Part shown: piece by piece, positions 13,415-25,925 of the stretch
How the letters are laid out: each line of letters begins with the position of its first letter
How positions within the stretch are numbered: position 1 is the stretch's first letter
NCBI GenBank assembly: GCA_051294905.1
Contig: CM119371.1
Coordinates: 4,404,001 to 4,468,000, forward strand
Length of the DNA: 64,000 nucleotides
Origin: Botryllus schlosseri
Taxonomy: Eukaryota
Reading direction: 5' to 3'
Notes under the pieces: model-generated
What the model was told of the DNA's origin: nothing
Database searches by the model: none
What the model saw: only the letters and a program-made list of their open reading frames with translations
Program-made: the position numbers and the translations under genes

Positions 13415-14851
13415 CCTGATGAAGGTCACTAGGATATTTCATGTAAACAATGCCTGTGACGAATCTTCTTACAACAGACCATCGTTTTTCATGTAGAAAA
13501 TTTTCATTACACCGACTGAACTCTTTGAGCTTCATTTCAGAGGCAAAACTAGCTGCCAGAAATTCCTGCATGCTTTGATGACAGAAGAAAAACGTAAAGT
13601 CGCCTTCCATTAAATGGCGACTGAGAATGTTATTGCCAGGAACCTTCGTCATCAAATCTTGAACTTCCTCTGCGGATATTCTAAATCGCTTCAAATCGGT
13701 TTCGTTGAAGACAACTCTTCCTTCTTTCATGCCATGGAACGCCATTGCCTTTACCTTTTTGATTATTGCCAATATTTGTCTGCGATTTCGGATGTTGTCT
13801 ACACTTCCAAGCAATAACATGATCCTGTTATATAGTTCGGTAACTGTAGATGGAGGAGGCTTAGTTTGATCACTTCCCATCACAACTGCTGTCAACATTA
13901 GAAAAATCGGTACGGATATCAGTTGTAGTAATCGCGGTGACATGCTCTCAATCGTATCCCAGAGATACTTCCCCTTCTCTCCCAGCAGAAAACTGAAAAG
14001 TTTATAAGCGTCTTGCAATGTTAGGCCATTCAGTGTGATGATTTCGCCTGGACGAGCTTTCGCAGGTAATTCGGAGACTTTGAATTCACGTGACGACACG
14101 ATAATTTTGACATGACGAAGGATTTTGCGGGAGAGGATGTTGTACATAATGACCGAATTACTCGCTTTTTCGTACGGTTTGATTTTACGAAGGTTAGACT
14201 CCTCAAAATCCCATGCAACTTGATCAAGCCCGTCAAAAATTATAATTGCCTCAGATTGATGTTTGACCAACCATTCGAAAGCTTCCTCCTCTTTAGACTC
14301 ACTCTTGTAGAGGCCACCGAATAGAAACTTTGATGTTGTTATACTGTTGTTCTCTTGACTGATGTCCTTCAGTTCCAGGTAGTGTATCATTTTTCGTTCC
14401 GGCTTGTTGAAAGGAACCTGATCGCCTTTTTCTTTCACAGAGGGAATTCCTAGCGCCTTCCGAGCAATTCGGCGTGTCAGAGTAGTTTTACCCGATCCTG
14501 CAGAAGCGACGATAGCAGTGTAGCCAACCACATCGTCCGGAGTTACCTTTGCCATCTTCGACATTGATTCCATTATCTCTTTTATTGTGGTCGATTTACC
14601 ATCATTACCTTGCTGTCGGTAAAACCCGATTTCTTCTGTCAGCTGATTCCGAAAACCTTTTTTTCCAGACCCACTAGGACTTTCCAGACGGCCTTTGTAG
14701 TAATCGTGAACGTTGACTTCTTTCATCTGAGGGAAAACTTCGAAGTCGGGTTCGTTATGAAATTCATCTTCGAAGTCCTCGCGAATGCCACTTGCTGTTT
14801 CCTGTCGAGTATGCTCGTTGACAACCGCTATCAATTCCCCGTCATTTATGC
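13415..14851 (-). CDS. NACHT-domain exon of an NLR-like innate immune receptor
   Basis: Walker A ASAGSGKTT, Walker B IIIFDGLDQ, SSR sensor, IPIF-like motif (VPIF), winged-helix FFFCHQSMQEFLAA; TTTTGCAG acceptor and GTAAGT donor give an open 1437-bp phase 1-1 exon. Confidence 0.9.
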
Positions 14852-15464
14852 CTGCAAAAACGACAGTGAGAAATCGTTAATCTCTACACTCCGTCAAGTC
14901 GTCACTCACTCCCCATCTTCATGTTTCGTGTCAAGGGTAAAAAAATTTACCATCCTGTTTTCTGAGATTGATGGCCCTATTCTTGTCTTCATTATTACCG
15001 ACAATGACACGGTAATTACACGATATCTTATGACATGGAAATTGAAGCTTTTAGTGTGGCGTACACATCACCAGTGGTGGCTGGTCCTATAAGGCGACTG
15101 GGGCATTGCCCGCCTAAAATTCTTTTTTCTCAGCAATGATATATCATTTATAGACGCAGAGCAATGAATATATACAGAGCTCACTGCAAAAATCGCATTC
15201 TTCTTGTGCTTTCGTTGCGATTTACTCGCTCTATTCATAATATTACGGAGCAAGCGGGGCAACTTTGTGAGTTGACCCGTCAGTGTGATGTAACAATGGT
15301 ATCTGTATCTTAACTCTGTTACCGTCCTATACGTTGAGTCGACCTTTGCCGGTATAGGTCGATTTGACGGTGTTTCGAACCATGATAATTCTTGAAACTT
15401 GGTAGGGGGAGATGTTGTCCGATTAGACAGTGGGACCGAATATACTTGAAAAGTTGTTCTAGAT

Positions 15465-16645
15465 CAGAGGTCTCAAACACGATGCCCGCTGGCCGCATGC
15501 GGCCCGGGAGTCTATTGTGAGCTGCCCGCGTCGGCATTTTGGATTTTGAAATATTCGACAATATTAAACCGTATATTTTTCGAGTTGAGAACTTTAAATT
15601 CGCTCTAAATCCTTTCCAAACACCAATCCTACTCATTATACGTCACTATCGCATTCCTTTCAAAAGTTATACCCTGCAGTGGAATCAGCTATTACGTCAC
15701 ATTACCTGTATATGATGGTAAATCTTGACCTGTTGATGATTGGGGACTGAAAATAGATATTTGAACTTGGGCATAACCTTTTCGAGCCAATTTGAACTCG
15801 GACTGAATGGGTGATAAAATAAAAAGTGACTCAAGTTGAGTCGGGTCAATCGTTACAATCAAATAAGGAGTTGTGACTCGGAACGCCGTGACTTGGTATA
15901 CACGGACGCAACAAACTATCAGACTATACTGTTATAAGGAATAGAAAGGTATCAGAAGGTCGTAGGTTGCGTTGCGTAGCGTATTTAGCTAGCTAAGCAG
16001 ACAGGTGTGGCAACCATTGGCATTACGTTGTCCCTGCTGTATATATAGTAAGTTAGATTCTCGTCATCTTGGGTCTCTTCATCCATGTTACTATCGCCAA
16101 TCAAAGGGGTCGACTGTCGAGTGTAGGAGTGGTACGCTCCACAGTTCCAGCATCAATGGATATTCAACAGCCTAGTTATCGGGAGTACGCCGGAAACCCA
16201 GATTCGGCTATGCTGCTTTGATATCAGATGAATCCTTGTTAAATTATAAATATTTTACCGAGGCCTACAATTCTACCCAATATTGTGGCACTTCAAATGT
16301 CCGCTAGCTGCAAAATTATAACGTGACAGATTTTACGATGTCGTGATGCATGTATAGTGTATACGATCGCACGGTGTCTATAACTAATTATTTTGACACA
16401 CCATGCAATGTATAACAACAACAATTTTATTGAAACATTTCAAAATGTAATTTTTCGTGCTGGACGTGAATTCACAATAGTAAATCCAATTTTCACGATG
16501 TGTATGAAATGCCAGTCTTCAACGTCCCGCTAAGAAGTGCCTATTCGCCAATACATTGAATACTGTTATTATTGGTGCTGCGACCCGCGGCGCCATCAAA
16601 ATCAAGGGAACTGGCCCGCGAGCTCATTTGAGTTTGAGACCTCTG
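15465..16645. mobile_element. hAT (Charlie-like) MITE
   Basis: TIR CAGAGGTCTCAAAC; perfect 8-bp TSD TTCTAGAT. Confidence 0.92.
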
Positions 16646-16717
16646 TTCTAGATAATCCCTTGATTATATTTCGCGAATTTGTCTACAATTGTATGCTGAC
16701 AGAATATTACCTCATAT

Positions 16718-17682
16718 CAGTGTTGGGATCAAGTCACTACCTTCGAGTCACGAGTCATTTCGAGTCATTGCACATTTTGACTCGAGTCAAGTCAAGTCAA
16801 TCGATTTTCAAAGGTGACTCGAGTCAAGTCAAGTCACTCGATTTTTGGAGGTCATTCGAGTCAAGTCGAGTCAAGTCAAGTCACGAGTCAAGTCACATTT
16901 CAAGTCAAGTTGCCTTTTCGATGTTTGTATGAGGCATGATTACGTCATTGCAATTTGCTAGCTGTCAGAAATACAGTTTGAGTGGTCATTGGTCATTGAT
17001 TCCGAACCGATGAACGAATATAAAGTTATGCACGCAAGAAGGCGCTTTATCGCTCACATATACGTAGAACTGTTAAACTACGTAATTGCATAGCCTCAGT
17101 TTATAGTCACCAGCCAAAATAGAGAATAGGGAAACGAATTGATAACATGCAATACGTTACCCATTTACAAATAGATATGATACCATTCGGGCCTGTGCCA
17201 ATGGTTGAGGACTATATAAACTATATTCGACTTCAATTTCAATAAAACAATCGGTTTGGATAAGGTAAGATGAGAACAAAAGTAGACATTTTGCTATTCT
17301 ATTACTTTACCACTAGAGTTACGACAACGTAAGCTATAATCTTCGATCACTTCGTTTGCAGTCAATCTATTTGTGAGAGAACAATCTAGGCTCGGTGAAA
17401 TGCACGCTTATTGAATGATTGGTCGCTCTCACGCGTTACACACGCGTTACACAAGCGTTTCGCGAACAATCCGAACATATCCAAGATACAGTGATTTTTA
17501 TCGACACCGATTACTTGATGACTTGAAATTGACTCGTGAATTTTGCTCCGAGTCACGAGTCAATCCACATTTCTGATACGCCAAGTCAAGTCAAGTCATT
17601 TTGACAAAGTGACTCGGGTCAAGTCAAGTCATGCGAAAAAGGTGACTCGAGTCAAGTCATGACTCGAGTCATCCCAACACTG
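16718..17682. mobile_element. hAT-like MITE with GAGTCAAGTC repeats
   Basis: TIR CAGTGTTGGGAT; perfect 8-bp TSD CCTCATAT. Confidence 0.92.
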
Positions 17683-18023
17683 CCTCATATGCGAAAAACG
17701 TGGACCTACAGATGTTTTTGTGTTGGGAGGTGTAAAATAAATTTGGATCGACGTATACATATTTCTATATCACCGTCCACACTATAACAAACCAGCCATA
17801 ACTTCTAATGTGAAGTGTAGGGCTCGTATCAGGGTACATAATGTCACATATTATTTTAATTCAATACCATCTTCGAGTGACCTATTTTCAATTCAATTAA
17901 AATATTTATAGCGTGGGTGCCTTTCGTACCATAACCAAATCAATGAAAATAGTTGAACCAACAAATCATTTAACAACAGAAACACGCCTAGATATATAGA
18001 GGCTGCAACTAATAGTTACGCTG

Positions 18024-18216
18024 CAATGTTCCCTCTAAGCTGCGTGCTTGCCCAATTGCGCAGTGCTGACACGCTCTCTGCGCACATAAAATCCATTCTT
18101 CGCATAAAATATCTAAAGTGATGACCTTTTTCAGTCGTTACGCACTGTTGTCCAAGGGACCGCGCAGTGACTTGGTGAGTGCGCGCAGACTTGTGAAAAA
18201 ATTAGAGGGAACATTG
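18024..18216. mobile_element. Short hAT-like MITE
   Basis: TIR CAATGTTCCCTCTAA; flanks GTTACGCTG / GTTACCTG. Confidence 0.8.
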
Positions 18217-18960
18217 GTTACCTGTGGTGTTTTATCGCTATAACGAGGCATTTGAAAGACAAAATGTCGGTTTACGGGTAATATGTATGTGCCATTGATT
18301 TTGTAAGTATTTTATTCTTGATGTTGGCGAGGAAACATTCATCATTGGTTTGCTGTAGCTTAGATTGAAACACACAACTAGACAAGATGAAATATTTGAG
18401 TTATTGAGCGTATGTCTCATAGGTCCCATAGTCGTGTGCCTTTGGGCCAACCGGGTGGGTCTGGTCATACGCTCGAGCAACAAATTTCGAACGTTCATAA
18501 GTTATTTAGGAAAAGGATGATATTCATGTCAATGTCCGCGACAAGTAGAGCTTGGATCAAAGTGTTGAGCCATCAAAAGATTTGCTATTCTCGGCTGAAC
18601 TTTTGAGGGCCATAGATTTTGCAATTTTTATGATCAATCGGTACCATATCTCACCTATGTTATGTCTTGATGTTGGTATTCAACATTGCTGTTTAATTTC
18701 AAGCTTGCTAATCCAAGATTAGGGTGCGGTAACTTTGTTTTCGAAGTTAAGTGTGTACTGATCCAGTGATCCTTCATGTATTGCAAACAGGTTTCACTGA
18801 AAAGCCGGTATTGGTCTCCGTTGATTTTGACGATGTTTTTATGTTTGTTACTGAGCTATGTGGGTGGTAATTTCGTTACCTAAGTCAAGTGAGAGCTGAC
18901 TCATCATTTATCGCAAACAGATTTTACGCGCAAGCCGGTATTGGTCTCTATTGCTATTAA

Positions 18961-19393
18961 CAGGGTTGTAACCAAGTCACAAGGTTCCGAGCCACAAGTC
19001 AATCTCACTTTTGTAATTTTGACTCCAGTCAAGTTGAATAATTTTTAAATCACCACCGAGTCAAGTTGTGACTCGACTCCAAGTCCAAGTCAACGTGTTC
19101 ACTGTTCAGTTTTGAGTTCAATCCAGTTCAAGCATTTATAATATCATAATTTTCCTCACTCCAAATAATTTCTGACCATATTTGCGGGTATCAGGACTGA
19201 TGAACGAAATAACAATCATGTGGTAATTTTACTATTCTTCGAAATTATAATCAACCGTCTTTCTCGATCATCCTAGTCTCGATTCATATGTCTTGCTTCG
19301 AGTCATGCAGAATGAGTCGGGTACAAGTCGAGTCAATACAAAATTGAGTCGAGTCTATGCATATTAGGGATGACTCAAGTCATTCCAACTCTG
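18961..19393. mobile_element. Degenerate MITE with GAGTC repeats
   Basis: CAGGGTTG...CAACTCTG termini and AAGTC/GAGTC repeats; TSD not conserved. Confidence 0.5.
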
Positions 19394-19776
19394 ACTTTTA
19401 CCGATGGTATATACCTAAATATGTCATGTGCTTTTGCACGGTATGTCTTGACTTTAGTATCTGACACGGTGCCAAGTGTCAAGGTTGTCTGTGAATGATC
19501 ATGGCAGTATTTTCGTTATCGAGGTCGAGTATGGTAAAGGTGATATTTAATTTTATGGTCTCCGGTGTCCAGTTCACCGTGAACTTACAGCCTTCGGGCC
19601 ATTTACTAACAATCCGCATTGTCAAGTGCGATAGCTATTTTGTTTCTACATGGTGTCGACAACAGCTGATCACTTGATCAACCGATTCCTCAATAGCATG
19701 TACGCATAATTGGCTGTTTATCCGTGTTGAATGTTGACGTTGTTCCATACCGAAATTGGAGATGAGATTGCGTATT

Positions 19777-20640
19777 CGAGTGCTCTTCAACCTTTTTGTC
19801 GTGGTACACCCTTCTAAGGTTTACTCCAAACTCGTATACACCCCTGACCGGATAACTCATTGATTCCGTATAGTATGCCTAGGCCAGGGGACGCACCAAG
19901 TCATATGAAGTTTCAGGCCATGTAACAAAATGCGATCCGAGAAGTGTGCCAGAATGATCGGACGTGGGAAAACATTGGTCGAAAAGGACTGCCCTTATGC
20001 TGACCGAAAACGTCGATTTGACAGGCCCCGAATTTCCCTGTCCTGGCAATCGGAACCCCAAAAGACAAATGCTATTCCACCGGGGAAATCATTTGCAAGC
20101 GAAGAAATATCAATTTGAAATCGCTTGAATCTTTTAGTATAGTACGTTTGGGTGATTTCAATATCGTTTCCCATAGCAGTTCACGAAATAACGTCATGTA
20201 ACGAAGTTACTATACCAAGGGGTACGCCCGAATTATTATTTACGGACCCTACATTTTCTAAGACATTTCATTTTAATTGTAAATCTGAAAGTAAATATGA
20301 TTACATGGGCAGAGAGAGAGACTAACGAAATTTATTGCAATATATATGTAATTTCTGATATTATCATTCGCGTGTATAACAAATTTTGCTGACAAAGTAG
20401 CGGTTAAAACTTGAACCGTGATGAGGGGTCTACTGTTTGGTTTATAACACTAGGGGTCCAAGACCAACGTTTTAAGAGGGGCCTGGCGAAGTGCTGATTC
20501 GGCCCTGCATATACTCATGGTAAATTGGATACTGGGAACTTCACACCGAGGAGAGCGCTTGTGGTGCTCTGCGCCATCACTGATTTCTTGAGATATACCT
20601 TGCGTATAAAAGTTATTAATTGTAAGAGTAGTCACGCGGG
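19777..20640 (+). repeat. Dispersed repeat family copy (other copies ~7144-11650 interrupted, ~52480-53110)
   Basis: Shared blocks such as GTGGTACACCCTTCTAAGG, CCCTTATGCTGACCGAAAAC and GGAGAGCGCTTGTGGTG. Confidence 0.8.
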
Positions 20641-23600
20641 CGCTAAAAACTTTTACACGTGTAAAATTTATTTCATCTATAATATGGGTTATTTCATATA
20701 TTACTGTCAACTATTTATCCGTACTTAGCACACGTGATCGATTAAGCGATAGAGCTGCTGGAGGGGGTGTCGACGACAATTTTTGGCGCAATATGAATGA
20801 TGATGTATCTTCCGGTTTAGTAATCACTTTGTAGCATGTTGTTATTTTTTAACCTTCCGTCAGGATTGTAGGCATACAGGCACACGATTCCGCCTTGGTA
20901 TTTCTGTATGGGGTGCATCATTTTCCTTGACGGTTTTCATTTGTTCGGTGGGACTAAGATTGCACTATTATACATAAAATCCGAAATATACCGGCCTCCT
21001 GAATCGCACCAAGCGTGAATAAAATTTTCAAGTTTGAAATCTCTCAAAGATTTGGGAGCCTATTCGTTGATTCAAATTGCATATTGACGGACGCCAAAAC
21101 ACGCTATAATTCAATTAATATATCGGGGCCGCATAAATATTGTTTATCGGCTCCACGCAACCGTAGGTAGTATATGTGATCGGTGGCGAACCAGCGTTGT
21201 GGCTTATGGGCCCGCAGGTGACCGGCCGCGAAACTCGTGTTGGTGACCCCACCCGTTAGACCCCCCTATCGCTGGTGAGCTGCCTTTTTTCTGGTGACAC
21301 CACCCTTTCAGGCATAGCGCTCGTTGGTGACCTGCCGTGAAAACTCGTGTTGGTGACCCCACCCTTTGCGACCCCCTATCGCTGGTGACCAGCCGCATCG
21401 TTAGTGATACCACGCCTACAGGTATTGGCTGTAGCGATGACCTGTCGTTCTTATGGCTGCGATCGTGAACTAATGTTTATTCAAAACGGTGTGAAATGGT
21501 TTGCTAAATCTAGGAATCGCTCACATGGTAACATTTTGGCAATTAAGTGGTCATAGAGCCGGCGTAGCCGGCGATTTAAACACTAACAATAGCTGCGCTC
21601 GCAAACTATCACTTCAAATAGGTGTGAAATAATTGTAAAATCCTACAATCACTGACAAGATAACACCTCAGACATAGCCATCTCTCGTGACTTGCTGTTA
21701 CAGAGGTAGGAATCACTCACAAGTAATATTTTGGTAATTAGTTTGTCGCGTAACTGGATTTCACGGGCGAGATATCATAGGAATAATAACTATTAAGTAA
21801 TAGCGACGAATAACAGAACCGTCGCAGATGGCGATCCGGAAACCAACAATTTGACACTTTCCGACGATCGCTATGTCAGTGTTTTCACACCTTTGGAATA
21901 GTGGTTGACTTTAGTTGTGTGATAAGAATCATGAGAATATTCAATCAATGTAATAATTTGTCAATCTGAAATGAAACTCACTGCACAACTCGGGTTGATT
22001 CGTATCTGAATGTGTTAACTCGGCGCAACTCTATTCCTTCGAGATATCCTTTAACGCGATCTGTTGATTTGAACGTAACCCGAATATTACTGACTTCGAA
22101 TTTCAGCTGCATCGGCTTATTCACACGCTCCCACACCGCTGTTTCATACCTATAGAATCAATACCAACTATCTCAACAAGAATCAAGAATCACGATTATG
22201 CACATTGCGCATTATACAATCATTGTATTTATTACTGCGAAATCAAACTCTTAACAAAAACACTCATCTTAGCATTTACCAACTCTACCATCACCAGAAA
22301 ATTAAGGTATTGTTGATTGAAAATTCGCGAGTCCTTATTATCAAAAATGTTATAGTACGGGAATAGGAATCCATTCGCGAAATGTACTATAGGTAAATCG
22401 AGATAAACCGAAACGAACTATTTTGACTTTGCCATAGTGTGAATTGAAATAGCTTTGACAAACATGACTACCAACTTTCAACCCAGTTACATTTCGAGAT
22501 TATACACATATTGATTTGAAACAAGTAATGAAACCTTCCAACTCTATTCTCGACCCGGTTTTCCGTTTGTCAAATAGAGTTTCAGTAAATACTATCGCTA
22601 TGGAATCGCGATATTTTAATGTGGTAATACACACAATAGAGTCAATCAATGAAATAATGCCCGTTGTTGTAAACATTTCCAACTTGACAACCGCTTACAC
22701 ATAACGCGATCGAGTTGCAATGCGATGAGTTGAATTGGAATCGGAATATTTCAACCTACTTTGTCACATCGCGATTTGAAGTAGGATTGTCAGACATGAT
22801 CACAAACTTTCCCTCAGTTACATTTCAGATTACTTTATTCACACGATCACCATCTCGCTGTCTTCACACTTACACAACCGCCCATTGTTCCCACTCGCAA
22901 TATATTTCCGAATGAAAATGGTTTGTTACTCTAGGAAAAAACATATTTCCGAACCAAAATGGATTGTTAATCTAGGAAACGGCAACGGGAAGGAACCTCT
23001 TGTGCATAGTATTGCAACAGTGAAGATATTCTGTCACGTGGTGAAACAAGATCGTTGCTCAACTGTGAATGACGTATTGCGAACACCGAGTTGCTGTTAA
23101 AGAGAGAAGAGCCTACAGTAAGACCATTCTGTATGCTTCGATTAAAACCACAACGAAGACCAGTTATGAATGGATTCGAAGCAGTTCAACCTTTGTTGTA
23201 TTTAGTCAATTCGAGCCAATTTTAATACAAGTCTCCAGGTATGACTCACACACTGACACCGTAAACGGAAGTCGATGATTGTGATATAGAATAATAAAAA
23301 TATTTCTCAAGTACGTGTTCAACTAAATCGGAATTTTGATGTTGTAGAAAGTGAATAATTTGATCGAGTTGTGTGTCTGATGAAAGTGAGTGGTTACAAG
23401 TATGTTTTGACGTTAGGGAAAGAAAATTTATTTTCTGTGTCTGACAGTTAGTGACAAAATGAAAATAGATTCGTGGTTTTAATTGGATTGTGATTAAGCT
23501 GTTCAAATGTATGGCTCAACACGAAGACTTTACGCTGAACAACAATTCGACAAAACATATCCTCTGCACAATTTGTCACTGGTGTGTAAAGAGTTAGGAA

Positions 23601-24074
23601 AAATTTTAATACAGTTCCATCTACCATTTGTTTTGTTGTGAGGACAACCATGTGATGACTCAGCACTTTTCGTTAGCAAAGTAGATTGTTTTGTGTGTAA
23701 GATTTAAGGGTCGTGTCGGGAAGCATATGTACTCTCTTGTTGGAGTAACTCGATTATTGCTATGACATTAGCAATTTGGCATATCCTTCAATCGTAGTTG
23801 GTTGATGTCTTACGAAAGATGACGCGATCCCGGTGTAATAAATTTTGCTATCCAAACTTTGATAGATGCCGTGGTGGTGTAGGACTTACGCATGCCGGAT
23901 GTAGGGAAATTAAGTACTTGGCCGGCCGGATAGATGAATCTATACATTATTCGCCATTTATCCACATATATAAGGAATAAATCGCATGTAATGACTGTAT
24001 TGCAACGACAGCAATGTCATTTCACTGCCATTTCTCGCCATTTCTGCCAGTACTATGATATCTCAGAGAAGCGA

Positions 24075-25450
24075 AATGTGGGATGTAGCAATTTTCTCGA
24101 CCTAAAAAAGCGTTTGACTGCGTAGATCATAAAATTCTCATCTCGAAATTGGCGCGTTACGGACTTCGGGGCCCACAACTTGAGCTCATGAAAAGTTACC
24201 TCACTGGACGCCAACAAATGGTTGCGATCTCAGACACCTTGTCCTCTCCTCACCCGGTGACCTGTGGTGTGCCCCAGGGCTCAGTACTTGGACCGGTCCT
24301 TTTCACCTTATATGTCAACGACATTTTTGAAACCTCCTCATTGAACACCACACTGTTCGCTGATGATACTCACCTCCTCTCTTCCGCATCTTCGACGGAA
24401 GAGCTGGATGCCCTGACTGGTGACCAAATGCCCAAAGTCCATGAGTGGACGGCCCAGAACAACTTTTGCATAAACGCCTCGAAATCGCAATTGCTGACAG
24501 TTAATTCAAAAAATAACCTAACCGTTAATATCGCTGGTCAGCCCGTTTCCAACACAGATAATGCCAAATATCTCGGAGTTTTACTGGACTCGAACATGTC
24601 CTGGAAGAGTCATATTCAGTCCCTAGAAACTAAATTATCACCGAAGTGCGACCTGTTCTACAGCCTTGGGCGCTTCATGCCAGCATGGGTTCTTCTGATA
24701 CTCTTTAAATCCTTAATCCAATCGAAGTTACATTATGGCATCCTCTGTTGGGGGGCTGCCAGTAAAACTGCACTCAAGCCACTGCAGAAACTACAGCATA
24801 AAGTGCTCCGAATCATAGCTAGGGCCCCAAAGGGTCCTGGCTGCCCATCCAATAAGTCGCTGCTGAAGAGAATCGGCGTCCTAAACATAGAAGATATGCG
24901 GAAACTAGAAATCGCCAAGTTTATGTATCAGTTTCACTGCGGTCGTTGCCCCGAATATTTCAATGACTTCTTTACCTCTGAATCAAAAGCGCACAAGTAC
25001 AACACACGCGCGTCCACGTCGTCCAAATATCATATGATCGACCGAAAAGATCATCGCTCCATCAAATATGCCGGACCTGATGTGTGGAACAGTATCCCGC
25101 CGGCCATCCGACAGTCGACGAGCATGTCCACATTCAAGTCGAAATACAAGCAATTATTACTAAATAAATACAGTCCATCCTCAAGATTACCGGACCACGA
25201 CTGACTTATCGATCTCGCTTCCCATGACATGCCGCCCTATTTCTTGTCGCATTCTTCTTCTATACTATCTTCTTTACTTTCATTCAGTGTGCATGCCTCC
25301 TCTTTACATCGCCTAGGCCAAGGTGGGTGCCAGATTCCATAGACTACTCCTTGTCGCTTCGACATCTTCCTGTCTTTTCATTGTATCGCATTTTTGTGGT
25401 GTATTGAACTGATAAAATTGCTAATAAACCAATGATGATGATGATAATGA
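24075..25450 (+). mobile_element. 5'-truncated CR1/L2-group LINE; RT ORF 24149-25204
   Basis: FLDLKK(AFD), GVPQGSVLGP, LFADD, KYLGV and YG...WG motifs; AATAAA followed by an (ATG)n tail at ~25423-25450. Confidence 0.9.
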
Positions 25451-25925
25451 CGAAGACAATGTGGATCTGAGAATACCATTGTCATACAGGCGCCGACATG
25501 TCTACTTCTCTCTGATCAATCAACACAGGGTGCAATCCTTAATTAAGATTTCAAGGCGTTCGATAAGTCGGCGGCACCTCAAATTTACCAAGATATCAAT
25601 TCATTATATGGTTGAGTCCATCGTAAATGCAGATAATGCAAGTATTCTCGCTTCTACTTACTTACGCGGGTAAGCTCCACTCTCGCACGGTGCGCACACA
25701 CGCAAATAATAACATACGGTCACTATACAATTTGACGTAATAAGCAAGTAGTGAGGAATCTCGACCGAGTAGGGCCGCGGGGGTTCTATACCAATACCGG
25801 GAAAACCATTACCAAGAACGGACATTACCGAGAATGCGTGCGAGAGTAAGGCTTACGCGTAAGTTCGTATAGAAGCGAGAAGACTTGCATGTTCGGTGTG
25901 GTGTTATATTTATCCGTTAGGTGTC

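Noticed and set aside
16730..17680. CRISPR-like short repeats (also 33200-33560, 38130-38655, 61090-61230)
   Set aside because: No constant repeat with unique spacers, no cas genes, and a eukaryotic context; these are transposon subterminal or tandem repeats.
18221..18655. Possible upstream exon of the NLR gene (CAG/GTAAC donor on the minus strand)
   Set aside because: The only frame with a plausible start (MPRYSDKTPQ) ends in phase 0, the phase-1 frame has a stop, and no DEATH/CARD motif is recognisable.
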